Of a DNA stretch of 14,163 nucleotides, positions 1-9,603 are shown in pieces. Where the stretch lies: IMG/VR virus record IMGVR_UViG_3300045988_164836; one strand, written 5' to 3'. The notes beneath the pieces are model-generated. The model ran no database searches. It was not told where the DNA came from and worked only from the letters and a program-made list of their open reading frames with translations. How positions within the stretch are numbered: position 1 is the first letter of the stretch; every line of letters starts with the position of its first letter. The DNA comes from a virus. The position numbers and the translations under genes were made by a program.

Positions 1-65
1 TAAAAAAATTTAACAAAATATAAAAAAGGTATTGACATTACTAATAAATAGTATTATACTTAAAG
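1..65. repeat. Left copy of a near-identical inverted terminal segment (with 13993..14058)
   Basis: Left 'taaaaaaatttaacaaaatataaaaaaggtattgacattactaataaatagtattatacttaaaga' closely matches the reverse complement of 13993..14058, 'taaaaaatttaacagattataaaaaaaggtattgacattactaataaatagtattataattaaagaga'. Confidence 0.85.
32..60 (+). promoter_or_regulatory. Promoter of the left (+) operon: TTGACA - 17 nt - TATACT
   Basis: ttgaca at 32-37, 17-nt spacer, tatact at 55-60; faces the early genes. Confidence 0.8.
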
Positions 66-130
66 AAATAATTAAAATAAAGAAAAGGAGTAGAAATATA
101 ATGAAAAGATATAAATGAATTATTTTTATA

Positions 131-240
131 AAATAAGGGACGAAGGGCGGGACAAGGCAGAAGTTCAATAAAGGCTCAAACTTCTGGATAAAAAAGGTAG
201 CAACTTAATAGCTGGAGCTAGAAATAGCAAGAAAGGAAAG
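131..240 (+). ncRNA. Possible structured leader RNA / candidate pRNA-like element
   Basis: Non-coding stretch between promoter and first long ORF, G-rich compared with its surroundings. Perfect 8-bp stem cagaagtt(158-165)/aacttctg(179-186) and gcta-gaaa-tagc hairpin (217-228). Function not assignable from sequence alone. Confidence 0.3.
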
Positions 241-246
241 ATAAAA

Positions 247-657
247 ATGAGTAAATATGAAGTAGAAGTAAAAAGCATGGTAGGAACATTAGACAATAAA
301 ACATTTGAGAAAATGGCAAAAAAAGGAGATATAACAGCAACCAAAATAGTAGATATAATGGGAAAAGTAGTAACAATAACAGGATATTCAGAATGTGAAA
401 TTGAGACGCAAGACAAACAATTTAGTATTTTATATGTAAACACAGAAGAATTTGGAATCGTAAGCGCAGGCAGTGAAATATTTAAAGAAAGTGTAGAAGA
501 TTATTTTGGAGAAGTAGAAAGATTCATAATAAAATCAATAAAAACAAAGAAAGGAAATACATATAAAGCAGTACCAATTTTGAGCTATAGAGCAGAAGAA
601 AATAAAACAGAGCCAGAAGAAAAAATACCAGATGATGAGCTACCTTTTAATCAATAA
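247..657 (+). CDS. Small SSB-like protein
   Basis: 136 aa; acidic C-terminus ending DDELPFNQ, resembling SSB tails; located directly upstream of the terminal-protein and polymerase genes. Family assignment inferred from tail and position. Confidence 0.5.
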   Translation: MSKYEVEVKSMVGTLDNKTFEKMAKKGDITATKIVDIMGKVVTITGYSECEIETQDKQFSILYVNTEEFGIVSAGSEIFKESVEDYFGEVERFIIKSIKTKKGNTYKAVPILSYRAEENKTEPEEKIPDDELPFNQ

Positions 658-677
658 AACAAAAAGGATTGATGTAA

Positions 678-1286
678 ATGGCTAAAAAAATAGAGCAAAC
701 AAAAGAAGAGCAAGAAGTATATCAAAATCTTAAAAAACTATCTAAAAGAGCAAATCAAAGACTTGTCAGATTGGAAAGAGCATTTGGTAAAGATAGATGG
801 GGTGCAAAAGAGTTAAAATCCATGCTTGATGTAGAGCCTCTTCAAGCATGGACCAAAACTGGGAGAGTAAGAGCAGCAAAAAGTATGAGTTTAAATAATA
901 TGTTAATAATAACAAAAGCATTAGAAGATTGGCTTCAGAATAAGAGAAGTTATGTAGGAAAAGTTAAAAAAATTGAAAAGCAAATCAAAGAAGGAATAAG
1001 AGCAAATTTAGCAAGAGAGCGCGAACTAAAGGAAGAAGAAATAACAAGTGAAGACATAGAAAACTTTTATAGAACATTGGAAGATGAAAACTATCAAACA
1101 ATATACAAATATATAAAACCATCAGAGCTAAATGCATTAATTGAAGAAGCTAAAGAAGATGAAGAAGCAGAGGATTATTTTGTTGACAAAGTAATAAGAT
1201 ATGCAAACTATGGAAACGATAATAATGTTAAAAGAAGTTTAGAGAGGATTTTAAGATTAATTTATAAAAAAGATGTAAAGAAGTAG
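678..1286 (+). CDS. Candidate terminal protein (replication primer) of a protein-primed phage
   Basis: 202 aa, highly charged/helical, directly upstream of the protein-primed DNA polymerase; RBS-like aaaggattgatgtaa before ATG. Inferred from size, composition and synteny. Confidence 0.5.
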   Translation: MAKKIEQTKEEQEVYQNLKKLSKRANQRLVRLERAFGKDRWGAKELKSMLDVEPLQAWTKTGRVRAAKSMSLNNMLIITKALEDWLQNKRSYVGKVKKIEKQIKEGIRANLARERELKEEEITSEDIENFYRTLEDENYQTIYKYIKPSELNALIEEAKEDEEAEDYFVDKVIRYANYGNDNNVKRSLERILRLIYKKDVKK

Positions 1287-1293
1287 GAATATT

Positions 1294-3409
1294 ATGAAAT
1301 ATTGGAATGAATATTATGGACACGATATAATAGAAGTAGGAAATAGAAAAAAATATGACAATACTATTATGAGTTTTGATATTGAAACTACTTCTTATTT
1401 AATTTATAACAATGAATTAATAGAAACGAAGGAATATGAGAAATATACAAAAGAGCAGCAAAGGAATATCAAAAAGCAATCATGCATGTATATTTGGATG
1501 TTTTCAATCAATACAGATGTATATTATGGTAGAACCTGGAGCGAATTTATACAATTTTTAAATCTATTAGAAGAATATGACAATCTAAAAAAAATAGTTT
1601 TTGTACATAATTTATCATTTGAATTCCAGTACATAAAAAGTATATTAAAATTTAAAGAGGTATTTGCAAGGAAGGAAAGAAAACCGATTAAAGCTGAGGC
1701 CGAAGATTATAATATTGAATTTAGATGCAGTTATATGATGTCAAATTGTTCATTAGATTATTTGCCAAAGCTGTATAATTTACCAATTAAAAAATTAGTT
1801 GGTAATTTGGATTATACAAAAATCAGACATTCAGAAACAAAATTAAATAAAAAAGAATTAGCTTATTGTGAAAATGATTGCTTAGTTGTATATTATTACA
1901 TAAAAGAAGAACTTAAGAAATATCATACAATTAATAAAATCCCAATTACCTCAACTGGTCATTTAAGGCGTGAATTGCAAGAACGAATTGAAAAAAACTG
2001 GTCATATAAAAATAAAGTAAAAAAAGATATAAATACAGACGGGCATATATTTAACTTATTGCAAGACGCATTTATGCGGACGGATATACGCATGCAAATT
2101 GGATCTATGCAGATAGAATTATATCTAACGTTGATTCATTCGATTTTACTAGTTCATATCCGTATATCATAGTAACACACAAGTTCCCTTCACGGTGAAT
2201 TTAAAAAATGCAACATAGAAAAAAGGGAACAAATGTCAAGAAAGTTTGCATATATAATAAAAGTTAGATTTAATAATATAAAATGTAAATATTATAATAA
2301 CTTCATAAGTATAAGTAAATGTAAAAACATAGAAAATGGCTATTATGACAATGGAAGAGTAATAAGAGCAGATAGCTTAGAAATGACAATAACTGATATT
2401 GATTTTTATTTCATTTTAGATTCATATAAAGTAGAATCTTATGAAATAATTGAATCTTATTTTTGTAAATATGATTATTTGCATAAAGATTTTATTGAAT
2501 TTGTATTAGAAAAATATGTTAAAAAAACAAAATACAAAGGTGTTGAAGGAATGGAAGTAGAATATGCAAAAGAAAAAAATCTATTCAATTCAACTTACGG
2601 CATGGCAGTAACAAATACAATCAGAAAAAATGTATATTATGATAATGAAAAAGATTGGTATTCAGAAGATTTGACAAATGATGAAATAATAGAAAAATTA
2701 GAAGAAGAAAAAAAGAAAGCTTTTTTAAGTTTTGCTTATCGGAGTTTGGATCACAAGTTATCGGAAGAAATAATTTATTAAGAAATGTAATAAAGCAAGA
2801 TGAGTATGTAATATATTGTGATACAGACTCAATGAAATTAAAAGAAGGTTACAATATTGATTATATAAATGAATACAATCAATTTGTAGAAAATAAAATA
2901 AAAAGAGTAAGTGAAATCTTAAATATTGATATTGAAAAATTTGCACCAGAAGACATAAAAGGAAAAAAAAGAATGTTAGGTGTATTTGATAAAGATGAAC
3001 ATTATGAAAAATTTATAACCCAACGGAGCTAAAAAGTACGCATACTATAAATATAAAGAAAATTCAAAATTATCTGGTAAAGAAAATATAATAAAAAAAG
3101 AAAAAAATAGGTCTTTAATTTTAGATATTACAGTATCAGGAGTACCGAAACGGAGGAGCAAAAGCACTTCATCACATAGAAGAATTTAAAGATGATTTTG
3201 TATTCGAGTATAAATATACAAATAAAAACACATTATTTTATAGTGATAATCAAATAAATTTTGACTTAGTTGATTATAATGGTAAAAAATTAAATGTAAA
3301 AGATAAAAGTGGCTGCTGTTTAGTTCCGACAACATATACATTAGGAAAAGCGCTTGAATATAGTAATTTATTAAATGATAGCTCAGAACGTGCGAAATTT
3401 AAAGAATAA
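1294..3409 (+). CDS. Protein-primed family B DNA polymerase, interrupted by seven CGGN +1 sites (702 aa if one nt is skipped at each)
   Basis: FDIETT (Exo I), VFVHNLSFEFQ (Exo II), AYCENDCLVVYYYI (Exo III), then after +1 corrections: AFMGGYTHANWIYADRIISNVDSFDFTSSYPYIIVTHKFPSGEFKKCNIEK, NLFNSTYGMAVTN, FLSFAYGVWITSYGRNNLLRNVIKQDEYVIYCDTDSMKL, KFITQGAKKYAY, ITVSGVPKGGAKALHHIEEFKDDF, stop TAA 3407-3409. Sites: 2077-2080, 2081-2084, 2193-2196, 2740-2743, 2762-2765, 3024-3027, 3151-3154. 2116 nt minus 7 = 703 codons including the stop. Confidence 0.93.
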
Positions 3410-3427
3410 AAAGAAGGAAGTGATAAC

Positions 3428-3637
3428 TTGAGTAAGAGTAATGATTATAAATTCATAAGAAGTTTTGTCAATATAAAAATAAATAAAATTTGTAAAGATA
3501 ATGCAATTGATTCAGGAAATGTGCTAACAGGAAAAGCATCAGATGAAAATATAAGAAAAGTCAAAAATATATTAGATTATAATATAAAAAAAATATATTT
3601 GGACGAAATTTCGGAAAGGATTATAGATGAGCAATAA
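3428..3637 (+). CDS. Small hypothetical protein (69 aa)
   Basis: ORF with aagaaggaag upstream; overlaps the ATPase start, suggesting translational coupling. Confidence 0.6.
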   Translation: MSKSNDYKFIRSFVNIKINKICKDNAIDSGNVLTGKASDENIRKVKNILDYNIKKIYLDEISERIIDEQ

Positions 3638-4722
3638 GCAAATTTATTATAATATGGATAATATAGATGAGTTAAAATGTATTTATAATTTAATTTTAGG
3701 CGAAAAATCAAATGGAAAATCATATCAGGTTAAGCTTAAAAAAATGTTAAAAAAATATATAAAATCAAAAAGAAGATTTATATTAATGCGTAGATGGGAA
3801 GTTGATATGAAAAATAATTGGGTCGAAAGTTATTTTTCTAATATGGATATTCAAAACTTGACTAAAAATAAATATAATACAGTTGTCAAATTTAGGAATG
3901 AAATATATTTAGCAAATAATATATTAGATGAGCATAACTCTGTAAAGACAAAAAGAGGTGAAAAAATAGGCTATGCAATTTCAGTATCTCAGGAGCAACA
4001 TTTTTCTAGCGGTGATTTTACTGATTGTGATGATATAATATTAGAAGAATTTATGGAACGTGGCAATTATATTCCAAATGAAGTTTCAAAATTTATGGCA
4101 TTTTATTCTACAGTAGACAGAAAAAGAGGAACAACACGCGTTTGGCTTATAGGAAATACAATAACCAAGGCAAATCCGTACATTTACGAATGGGGCTTAA
4201 ATAATGTAATCAGAAAAATGAAACAAGGTGATATAAAAAAGATATATGTAAAAAATACAGAAGGGCAAGAAATATCATTAGCTATTGAATATTGCAAAAG
4301 TAGTGGCGGAAAATCAATGACAATAGGAAAAAATGCAAGTATGATTGATAAAGGAAGTTGGCAAAGTGATTCACAACCACATTTGCCAAAGTCAAGAAAA
4401 GAATATAAATGTGTTATGCGTGTTGTTTTTGATTATCAGGGTTTTCGATTTTTAGGTGAATTTTTAATTGATAAAAAAACGCAGGAATATTGTTGGTATA
4501 TAGTTCCAAAATATTCTAATATAAAAAAGAATACATTTGTTTTTTCAGATATAGTAAAAATTAATCAATATTGGCAAAGAAATATTTATGATATATCAGT
4601 TCCAAACAAAAAATTAAAATTATTTTTCTTTGATACATTCAGAGAAAGTAACATCTTTTATTCAGATGATTTAACACGGAACAGATTTTAAACAAGTAAT
4701 TGATTTTACAATAAAAAAATAG
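3627..4722 (+). CDS. DNA packaging ATPase (phi29 gp16-like), with a C-terminal CGGA +1 site at 4677-4680
   Basis: Walker A-like LILGEKSNGKSYQ, Walker B-like CDDIILEEF, DRKRGTTRVWLIGNTITKANPY. Zero-frame ends RNRF* at 4691; +1 at 4677 extends to ...YSDDLTGTDFKQVIDFTIKK* with stop 4720-4722, just before the next RBS (gtgaggtaaat). Confidence 0.85.
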
Positions 4723-4734
4723 TGAGGTAAATAT

Positions 4735-4926
4735 ATGGTTATAAGTAAAGAAAGTAAAAAAGAAATTGAAAAAATTCAAGGTAAAAAATGCAGTATATGT
4801 GATAATTATTTTTCTTATGAGGATTTAAAGAACAAAAATTATGAAATAGTAACATCTAAAATAACTAAAAGAAAATCATATTATCACTCAGATTGCATTA
4901 AGAAAAGAGGTATAAAAAATGGATAG
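4735..4926 (+). CDS. Small Cys/His (zinc-ribbon-like) protein, 63 aa
   Basis: Cys2...His-x3-Cys arrangement (CSIC...YYHSDC); RBS gaggtaaat; overlaps the next gene start by 8 nt. Confidence 0.6.
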   Translation: MVISKESKKEIEKIQGKKCSICDNYFSYEDLKNKNYEIVTSKITKRKSYYHSDCIKKRGIKNG

Positions 4927-6518
4927 TAAAGTTATTCTGGCAAAAAATATAAAATTAGATAAAAATTATATCAATGTGTTAGACTACAATGAGCAAAAAA
5001 TGGTAGAATTATGTAATAGTAATATAGTTGCAAGCAGTAATACATATAATTTCAACAAATATACAGGTGAAATAGCAGTAAATTTTAGTTATGATATATG
5101 TTTGCAAGCGAACTATATTGCATTTCAAAATCCATCATATTCTAATAAATGGTTTTTTGCCTTTATTGATAAAATAGAATTTATAAATCCGCGGAACGAC
5201 GCAAATATATTATACAATAGACGCATGGTCAACATGGCATGATAATTGGAATTTAACATCTTGTTTTGTTAAAAGAGAACATGTAGCAGATGATACGGTC
5301 GGATTACATACAGTTAATGAAAATCTTAGTGTTGAAGAAGTGGTGCAAGAAGATGAAATAAAAGATTCATCACTTGATTACTATTATATAGCCATAATGT
5401 CAAGCTGGGATATATATGAGGGAAAACAATTTGCAGGTATTAGCTTATATAATAAAAATTATTTTGGAAGTAAAATATATTTAATTGATGGAGGTATTCC
5501 AGAACAAAGCGGCTTAAATTTAGGCTTATTTATACAAAGAACCAACAATGATAAGCACATAGAAGATATATCAGATATTTTTATAATACCAAGAGCATGT
5601 GTTGATGAAACAACATTAATAAGGCGAGTAGAAAAACCATTTAAGGAAGATACATCAGGTATAACATTCACTTATTATGAAATACCATTTAGTTATTCAG
5701 ATAGAAGTTTTTTACTTTCAATTGATAAGCAATTATCATTTTCAGATTATGTTCCAAAAAATAATAAATGTTTTTGTTATCCATATAACTATTTAACAGC
5801 AAGTAATAATAATGGTAATATGAATTTATATAAATATGAGAATTTTGGAACAGATAAGGCAACATTTTCAATAACTACAGCTATAGGAATTGGTGGAGCA
5901 GGACGTTGTATTCCGCTAAAATACAAAAAAATGGATATAAATGATGATGAATCAATACCATTAGCAAAATATCCAACTTGTGGCTGGTCTGCAGATAGTT
6001 ATACAAATTGGTTATCTCAGCAAGCTGTCAATGTTCCTTTTTCAATAATGAATTTAGCAAGTTCAGCAGCTACCAGTATAAACGGAGCTACTAATACAGC
6101 ACAAGTTGCCGGCTCTGTTACAAATATAGCAGGTCAAATAGGCAACCTAATAGGTCAATTTTACTCTGCTAGTTTATTACCAAATATAGGGTCTAGCTCA
6201 AATACAGGTGATGTTTCATTTGCTAGTAGTAGAACTAATATAATATTTAGAAAAATGAGAGCTAAAACAGAATTTATGAAAATTATAGATAATTATTTTA
6301 GCAGATTTGGATATGCTATAAATGAAACAAAAATTCCAAATATTTCTCATAGACAAAATTGGAATTATATCGAAATCGGACCATCAGAGGCAATTGGATA
6401 TGGTTCAGTACCATCAAATTTTATGGAAATAATAAATGGAGCTTGTCGCCGTGGTGTAACTATTTGGCATAATCATGAAAATTTAGGTAATTTTAGTTTA
6501 GATAATCCAATCATATAA
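4919..6518 (+). CDS. Tail knob protein (phi29 gp9-like), interrupted by one CGGA +1 site at 5192-5195 (532 aa if corrected)
   Basis: ORFs 4919..5242 and 5340..6518 join across the +1 as KWFFAFIDKIEFINPGTTQIYYTIDAWSTWHDNWNLTSCFVKREHVADDTVGLHTVNENLSVEE, which matches the conserved gp9-family pattern (IDxxxTW ... REHV). 1600 nt minus 1 = 533 codons including the stop. Confidence 0.88.
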
Positions 6519-6547
6519 AAAGAAGAAGGCTTATGCCTTCTTTTTTA
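6516..6547. terminator. Bidirectional terminator between convergent operons
   Basis: aaaaagaagaaggc-ttat-gccttcttttttaa: long stem with A-run on one side and T-run on the other; overlaps both stop codons. Confidence 0.85.
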
Positions 6548-7792
6548 ATTTGAGCTATAATAAAAATCAACTAAACCATTTCCAGCCGTATTTTGTAATA
6601 AATAATAAGATATTTTATTCCTTTCTATTTCGATTCTGCCTAAATAACCTTTAGTCCCAACAATATTTGCAATTAATTTATTATCAGAAAAACGAGTTGG
6701 AAATGTTGAAGTAATAACAACAGTAGTTCCTTTTTCTAAATTATCTACAGCAACACTACCATACACATGATACGAACCGTTTGAAGTGAATTCAAGTTCT
6801 AAATTAAAATCACTACCCAAAATTGTGTTTAGGTTTGTTCTTGTATGTTCTACTACAGCATTACCGCCAAATAAAATATTGCTAAAAAATGATTTGTATA
6901 AATTTTCACCATAAGCAGATGGGTGTACATTATCTGATTGCACTAGTGAATTATTCCACTGTAACAATCTGTCTATTTTTATAAATGGAAATCCACGCGT
7001 AATCCAATATCGACCCATCTCTCTAGTATAAGTTATTTCATATATTGTAAGTTCTTTTCCAGCATTGCAGCCAGCAACAATCATGGGCGGTTTATTTGTT
7101 ATTGTGTTATAAACACTTCTAAATCTGTCAGAAGCAGTAACAATATCACTCAATGAGTTACTATTTACCCAGCTACTACAATTTTTATCGTTATAGCCAC
7201 CTTCTACTATTATATAATCAATTGTTGATAAATCTTTTATTGCTTGTTCTAATTGTTGTACAAATGTTTTACCTCTTATACCTGTATTTGTGAATCCAGA
7301 TCCACCTTCGGCATAATTATGAAATACTACATTTTTTATATTCATCAATGATACCCAGCTCTGCGTATTAAATGTTTCAGTCATAAAAGTATTATCACTA
7401 AAACTATCACCAATTACAACTACATGCTTTATATTAGCAGCCTGCAATTGTGCTATATTAGTATTTATTTCGCCAAAAATTTGCTGATTTATAATGTTAT
7501 TCAATGTACCATCGGATGCCATTATATCTAATTTTTTATTTATTTCTGATTGAACATCTAAATTATTAAAATAATTATCAATGTAATCTTTCAAATTATT
7601 AAATGCGTCAGTCAATTTGCTTACTTGTTCTGTATCTTTATTTACAGCTGTAATTGTGTTGTTTAAATATTCAACTACTTTGCATAATAATTGATAATTT
7701 GTAATCGCGTCAAAATCTTCCTCGATAAATGGAAAATTTTGTATTATACAGCATTTAAATGGTGTTAAATATTTTAAATTTTTTTTATCCAT
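6545..7792 (-). CDS. Phage appendage/tail protein with C-terminal SGNH-hydrolase-like domain
   Basis: N-term NFPFIEEDFDAITNYQLLCKVVEYLN typical of phage appendage proteins; then VVVIGDSFSDN (GDS block) and DNVHPSAYG (DxxH block). Confidence 0.75.
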   Translation of the reverse strand: MDKKNLKYLTPFKCCIIQNFPFIEEDFDAITNYQLLCKVVEYLNNTITAVNKDTEQVSKLTDAFNNLKDYIDNYFNNLDVQSEINKKLDIMASDGTLNNIINQQIFGEINTNIAQLQAANIKHVVVIGDSFSDNTFMTETFNTQSWVSLMNIKNVVFHNYAEGGSGFTNTGIRGKTFVQQLEQAIKDLSTIDYIIVEGGYNDKNCSSWVNSNSLSDIVTASDRFRSVYNTITNKPPMIVAGCNAGKELTIYEITYTREMGRYWITRGFPFIKIDRLLQWNNSLVQSDNVHPSAYGENLYKSFFSNILFGGNAVVEHTRTNLNTILGSDFNLELEFTSNGSYHVYGSVAVDNLEKGTTVVITSTFPTRFSDNKLIANIVGTKGYLGRIEIERNKISYYLLQNTAGNGLVDFYYSSN

Positions 7793-7806
7793 TTTTCATT
7801 TCCTTT

Positions 7807-8694
7807 CTATATTATAATTTGTAAAAATAAAGAATCTAAGTCATTAAATATCATTGTATATATTGACTTAATTTCATTCTGATATGTATTGTATAAGCTT
7901 AATCTATCAGCTTGAGTTCTTTTAATTAATTCATTGTTAACATTAGAATCTTTTGTATTAGTTTTACTGTTAGTATTATTTGTCGTAGCATTATTTGTTG
8001 TTAATTCTGATGTATCATTAGTTGTATTACTTGAGCTTCCTGTACTACTTGATTCGTCTGTTCCATCTCCATTTCGTGTATCAAAATTATAATCAGTAAT
8101 ATATTTACCATCTTTTACTGACTGTATATCATTATTTGGTAATTTTGAGTATCGCCTATCATCTATTGTATTTGAAACAGTAGTACTTGTATTGCTTAAT
8201 GTATTTGATGTATCTGATTTTGATGTGTTTTTTGAGCTATTTGTAGTATTATTAGTTCCTTGGTTTATTTCTTCATTGCTTACATCAGTAGTCCTATTGC
8301 CAGTCAATTCTCTGGTAACTGTTTCACCATCTTCAAATAAATTCCAATTGCTTGTTGCTTCAAACATTTTATTATAAAGAGGCATGATTTCATTTAATTT
8401 TACATCAAGTTGTATTCTGAATAATGTAACAGTATCAAAGTTTATTCGTCTCATTATAAAATGATTTAATATCATACATTCAAATTTTTCTTTGTCTATA
8501 CTAGGATCAAGTGGATAATCAAAGTTAAATATAGTTTTTCTTGCTTCTTTAGCTAAATTTTTAATTTTTGATTTTTCATCTTTTCCAAAATTTACTATGC
8601 TATCCATCACACTATATAATGTTGGTGGTAAATCTATATCATTAGGTAAAAAAGGTTGAAACATATATGGAAAAAAATAATTATTCAATATCAT
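7807..8694 (-). CDS. Lower collar / connector protein (phi29 gp11-like)
   Basis: 295 aa, position directly downstream of the upper collar candidate; Asn/Ser/Thr-rich internal segment; C-term NELIKRTQADRLSLYNTYQNEIKSIYTMIFNDLDSLF. Confidence 0.65.
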   Translation of the reverse strand: MILNNYFFPYMFQPFLPNDIDLPPTLYSVMDSIVNFGKDEKSKIKNLAKEARKTIFNFDYPLDPSIDKEKFECMILNHFIMRRINFDTVTLFRIQLDVKLNEIMPLYNKMFEATSNWNLFEDGETVTRELTGNRTTDVSNEEINQGTNNTTNSSKNTSKSDTSNTLSNTSTTVSNTIDDRRYSKLPNNDIQSVKDGKYITDYNFDTRNGDGTDESSSTGSSSNTTNDTSELTTNNATTNNTNSKTNTKDSNVNNELIKRTQADRLSLYNTYQNEIKSIYTMIFNDLDSLFLQIII

Positions 8695-9556
8695 CTATAT
8701 CAACCTCCATTTCATTTTCTTCTAATGATTTTGGTAATCCGTCATAATATTCAACTTCTATTTCTTCATCTAATTTATCAGCAAACATTGTATTTATTTT
8801 CTTAATAGCTTCTAATCGTGGTTGATAACGTGAAAATCTACTTGCTATTGTTCCGCCCTGCATTGCTTGGATTTCATCTGTTATATTTCTTTCTTTTTTC
8901 TGATATGATAAATTTGATATACCAATCAATCTCAAGAATTCTGACCAAATTCGCTCTTTTTCAAGATTTACATTATCACAAACGAACGGTGCTGGTGCTA
9001 ATACTGCATTTAATTCATCAATTTTAAAATTTTCATAAGATTGAACAGTATCTTCAAAGCTATCTATTTGCTGTATTGCTTTTTTTAATGATAACACATT
9101 GTCAGAATTTGTATACCAAATACGCGGCGTTCTTTGTTGCTTGATGTTAATATCAGAAGTTCTGGTGTATAATGCCATTCTTTCACTATATTGAATTATA
9201 TCTAATAATAGAGGGTACCTTCCATTATTATCATACATGATAACAAATTCATTTGATTTTAATTTTCTCCTATAACTACCATTTCTAGCAAAAACTTCAA
9301 TTGTTCGAGGTCTTCCATAAATATCAAGTGTACCTAAATTTACATAAGGTAAAGCTAATATACTATCTAATATATCATCATAAAACCATGCAATAGAACC
9401 ATCACGTAAAAGTGTTTTATTTACATAGCTAATGTCTATGAATTCTGATACATTTTTAAAGTTAAAAACATTTTCAGCTAATGTTAACATTTGCCTAAGA
9501 TACATTTGTGCTGTTCCGTAATTAGATAACTGAGCATTTATTTGCTTTACTTTCAT
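8681..9556 (-). CDS. Upper collar / portal protein (phi29 gp10-like)
   Basis: 291 aa; YGRPRTIEVFARNGSYRRKLKSNEFVIMYDNNGRYP and synteny between the major capsid and lower collar candidates. Confidence 0.75.
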   Translation of the reverse strand: MKVKQINAQLSNYGTAQMYLRQMLTLAENVFNFKNVSEFIDISYVNKTLLRDGSIAWFYDDILDSILALPYVNLGTLDIYGRPRTIEVFARNGSYRRKLKSNEFVIMYDNNGRYPLLLDIIQYSERMALYTRTSDINIKQQRTPRIWYTNSDNVLSLKKAIQQIDSFEDTVQSYENFKIDELNAVLAPAPFVCDNVNLEKERIWSEFLRLIGISNLSYQKKERNITDEIQAMQGGTIASRFSRYQPRLEAIKKINTMFADKLDEEIEVEYYDGLPKSLEENEMEVDIDDIE

Positions 9557-9603
9557 TTTTTCTCCTTTCTATTATAGAAAGCTGGTATAAATACCAGCTT
9601 ATT

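Noticed and set aside
215-231. gagctagaaatagcaag resembles part of the engineered Cas9 sgRNA scaffold
   Set aside because: No repeat array, cas gene or remaining scaffold sequence is present; GCUA-GAAA-UAGC is a simple tetraloop hairpin and the match is likely coincidental.
2058-2240. Intron, intein or homing-element insertion splitting the polymerase
   Set aside because: No intervening sequence exists; conserved coding continues across each site with just one extra nucleotide.
1294-3409. Polymerase is a pseudogene from random decay
   Set aside because: All lesions are the same +1 in the same CGGN context, no premature stops remain after correction, all motifs are retained, and identical lesions occur in three other essential-looking genes on both strands. 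Not formally excluded without population data.
3608-3616. ttcggaaag at the end of the 69-aa ORF as another frameshift site
   Set aside because: Here CGG is in the phase xCG-Gxx (tcg gaa) and the ORF terminates naturally, overlapping the ATPase start; no shift is needed.
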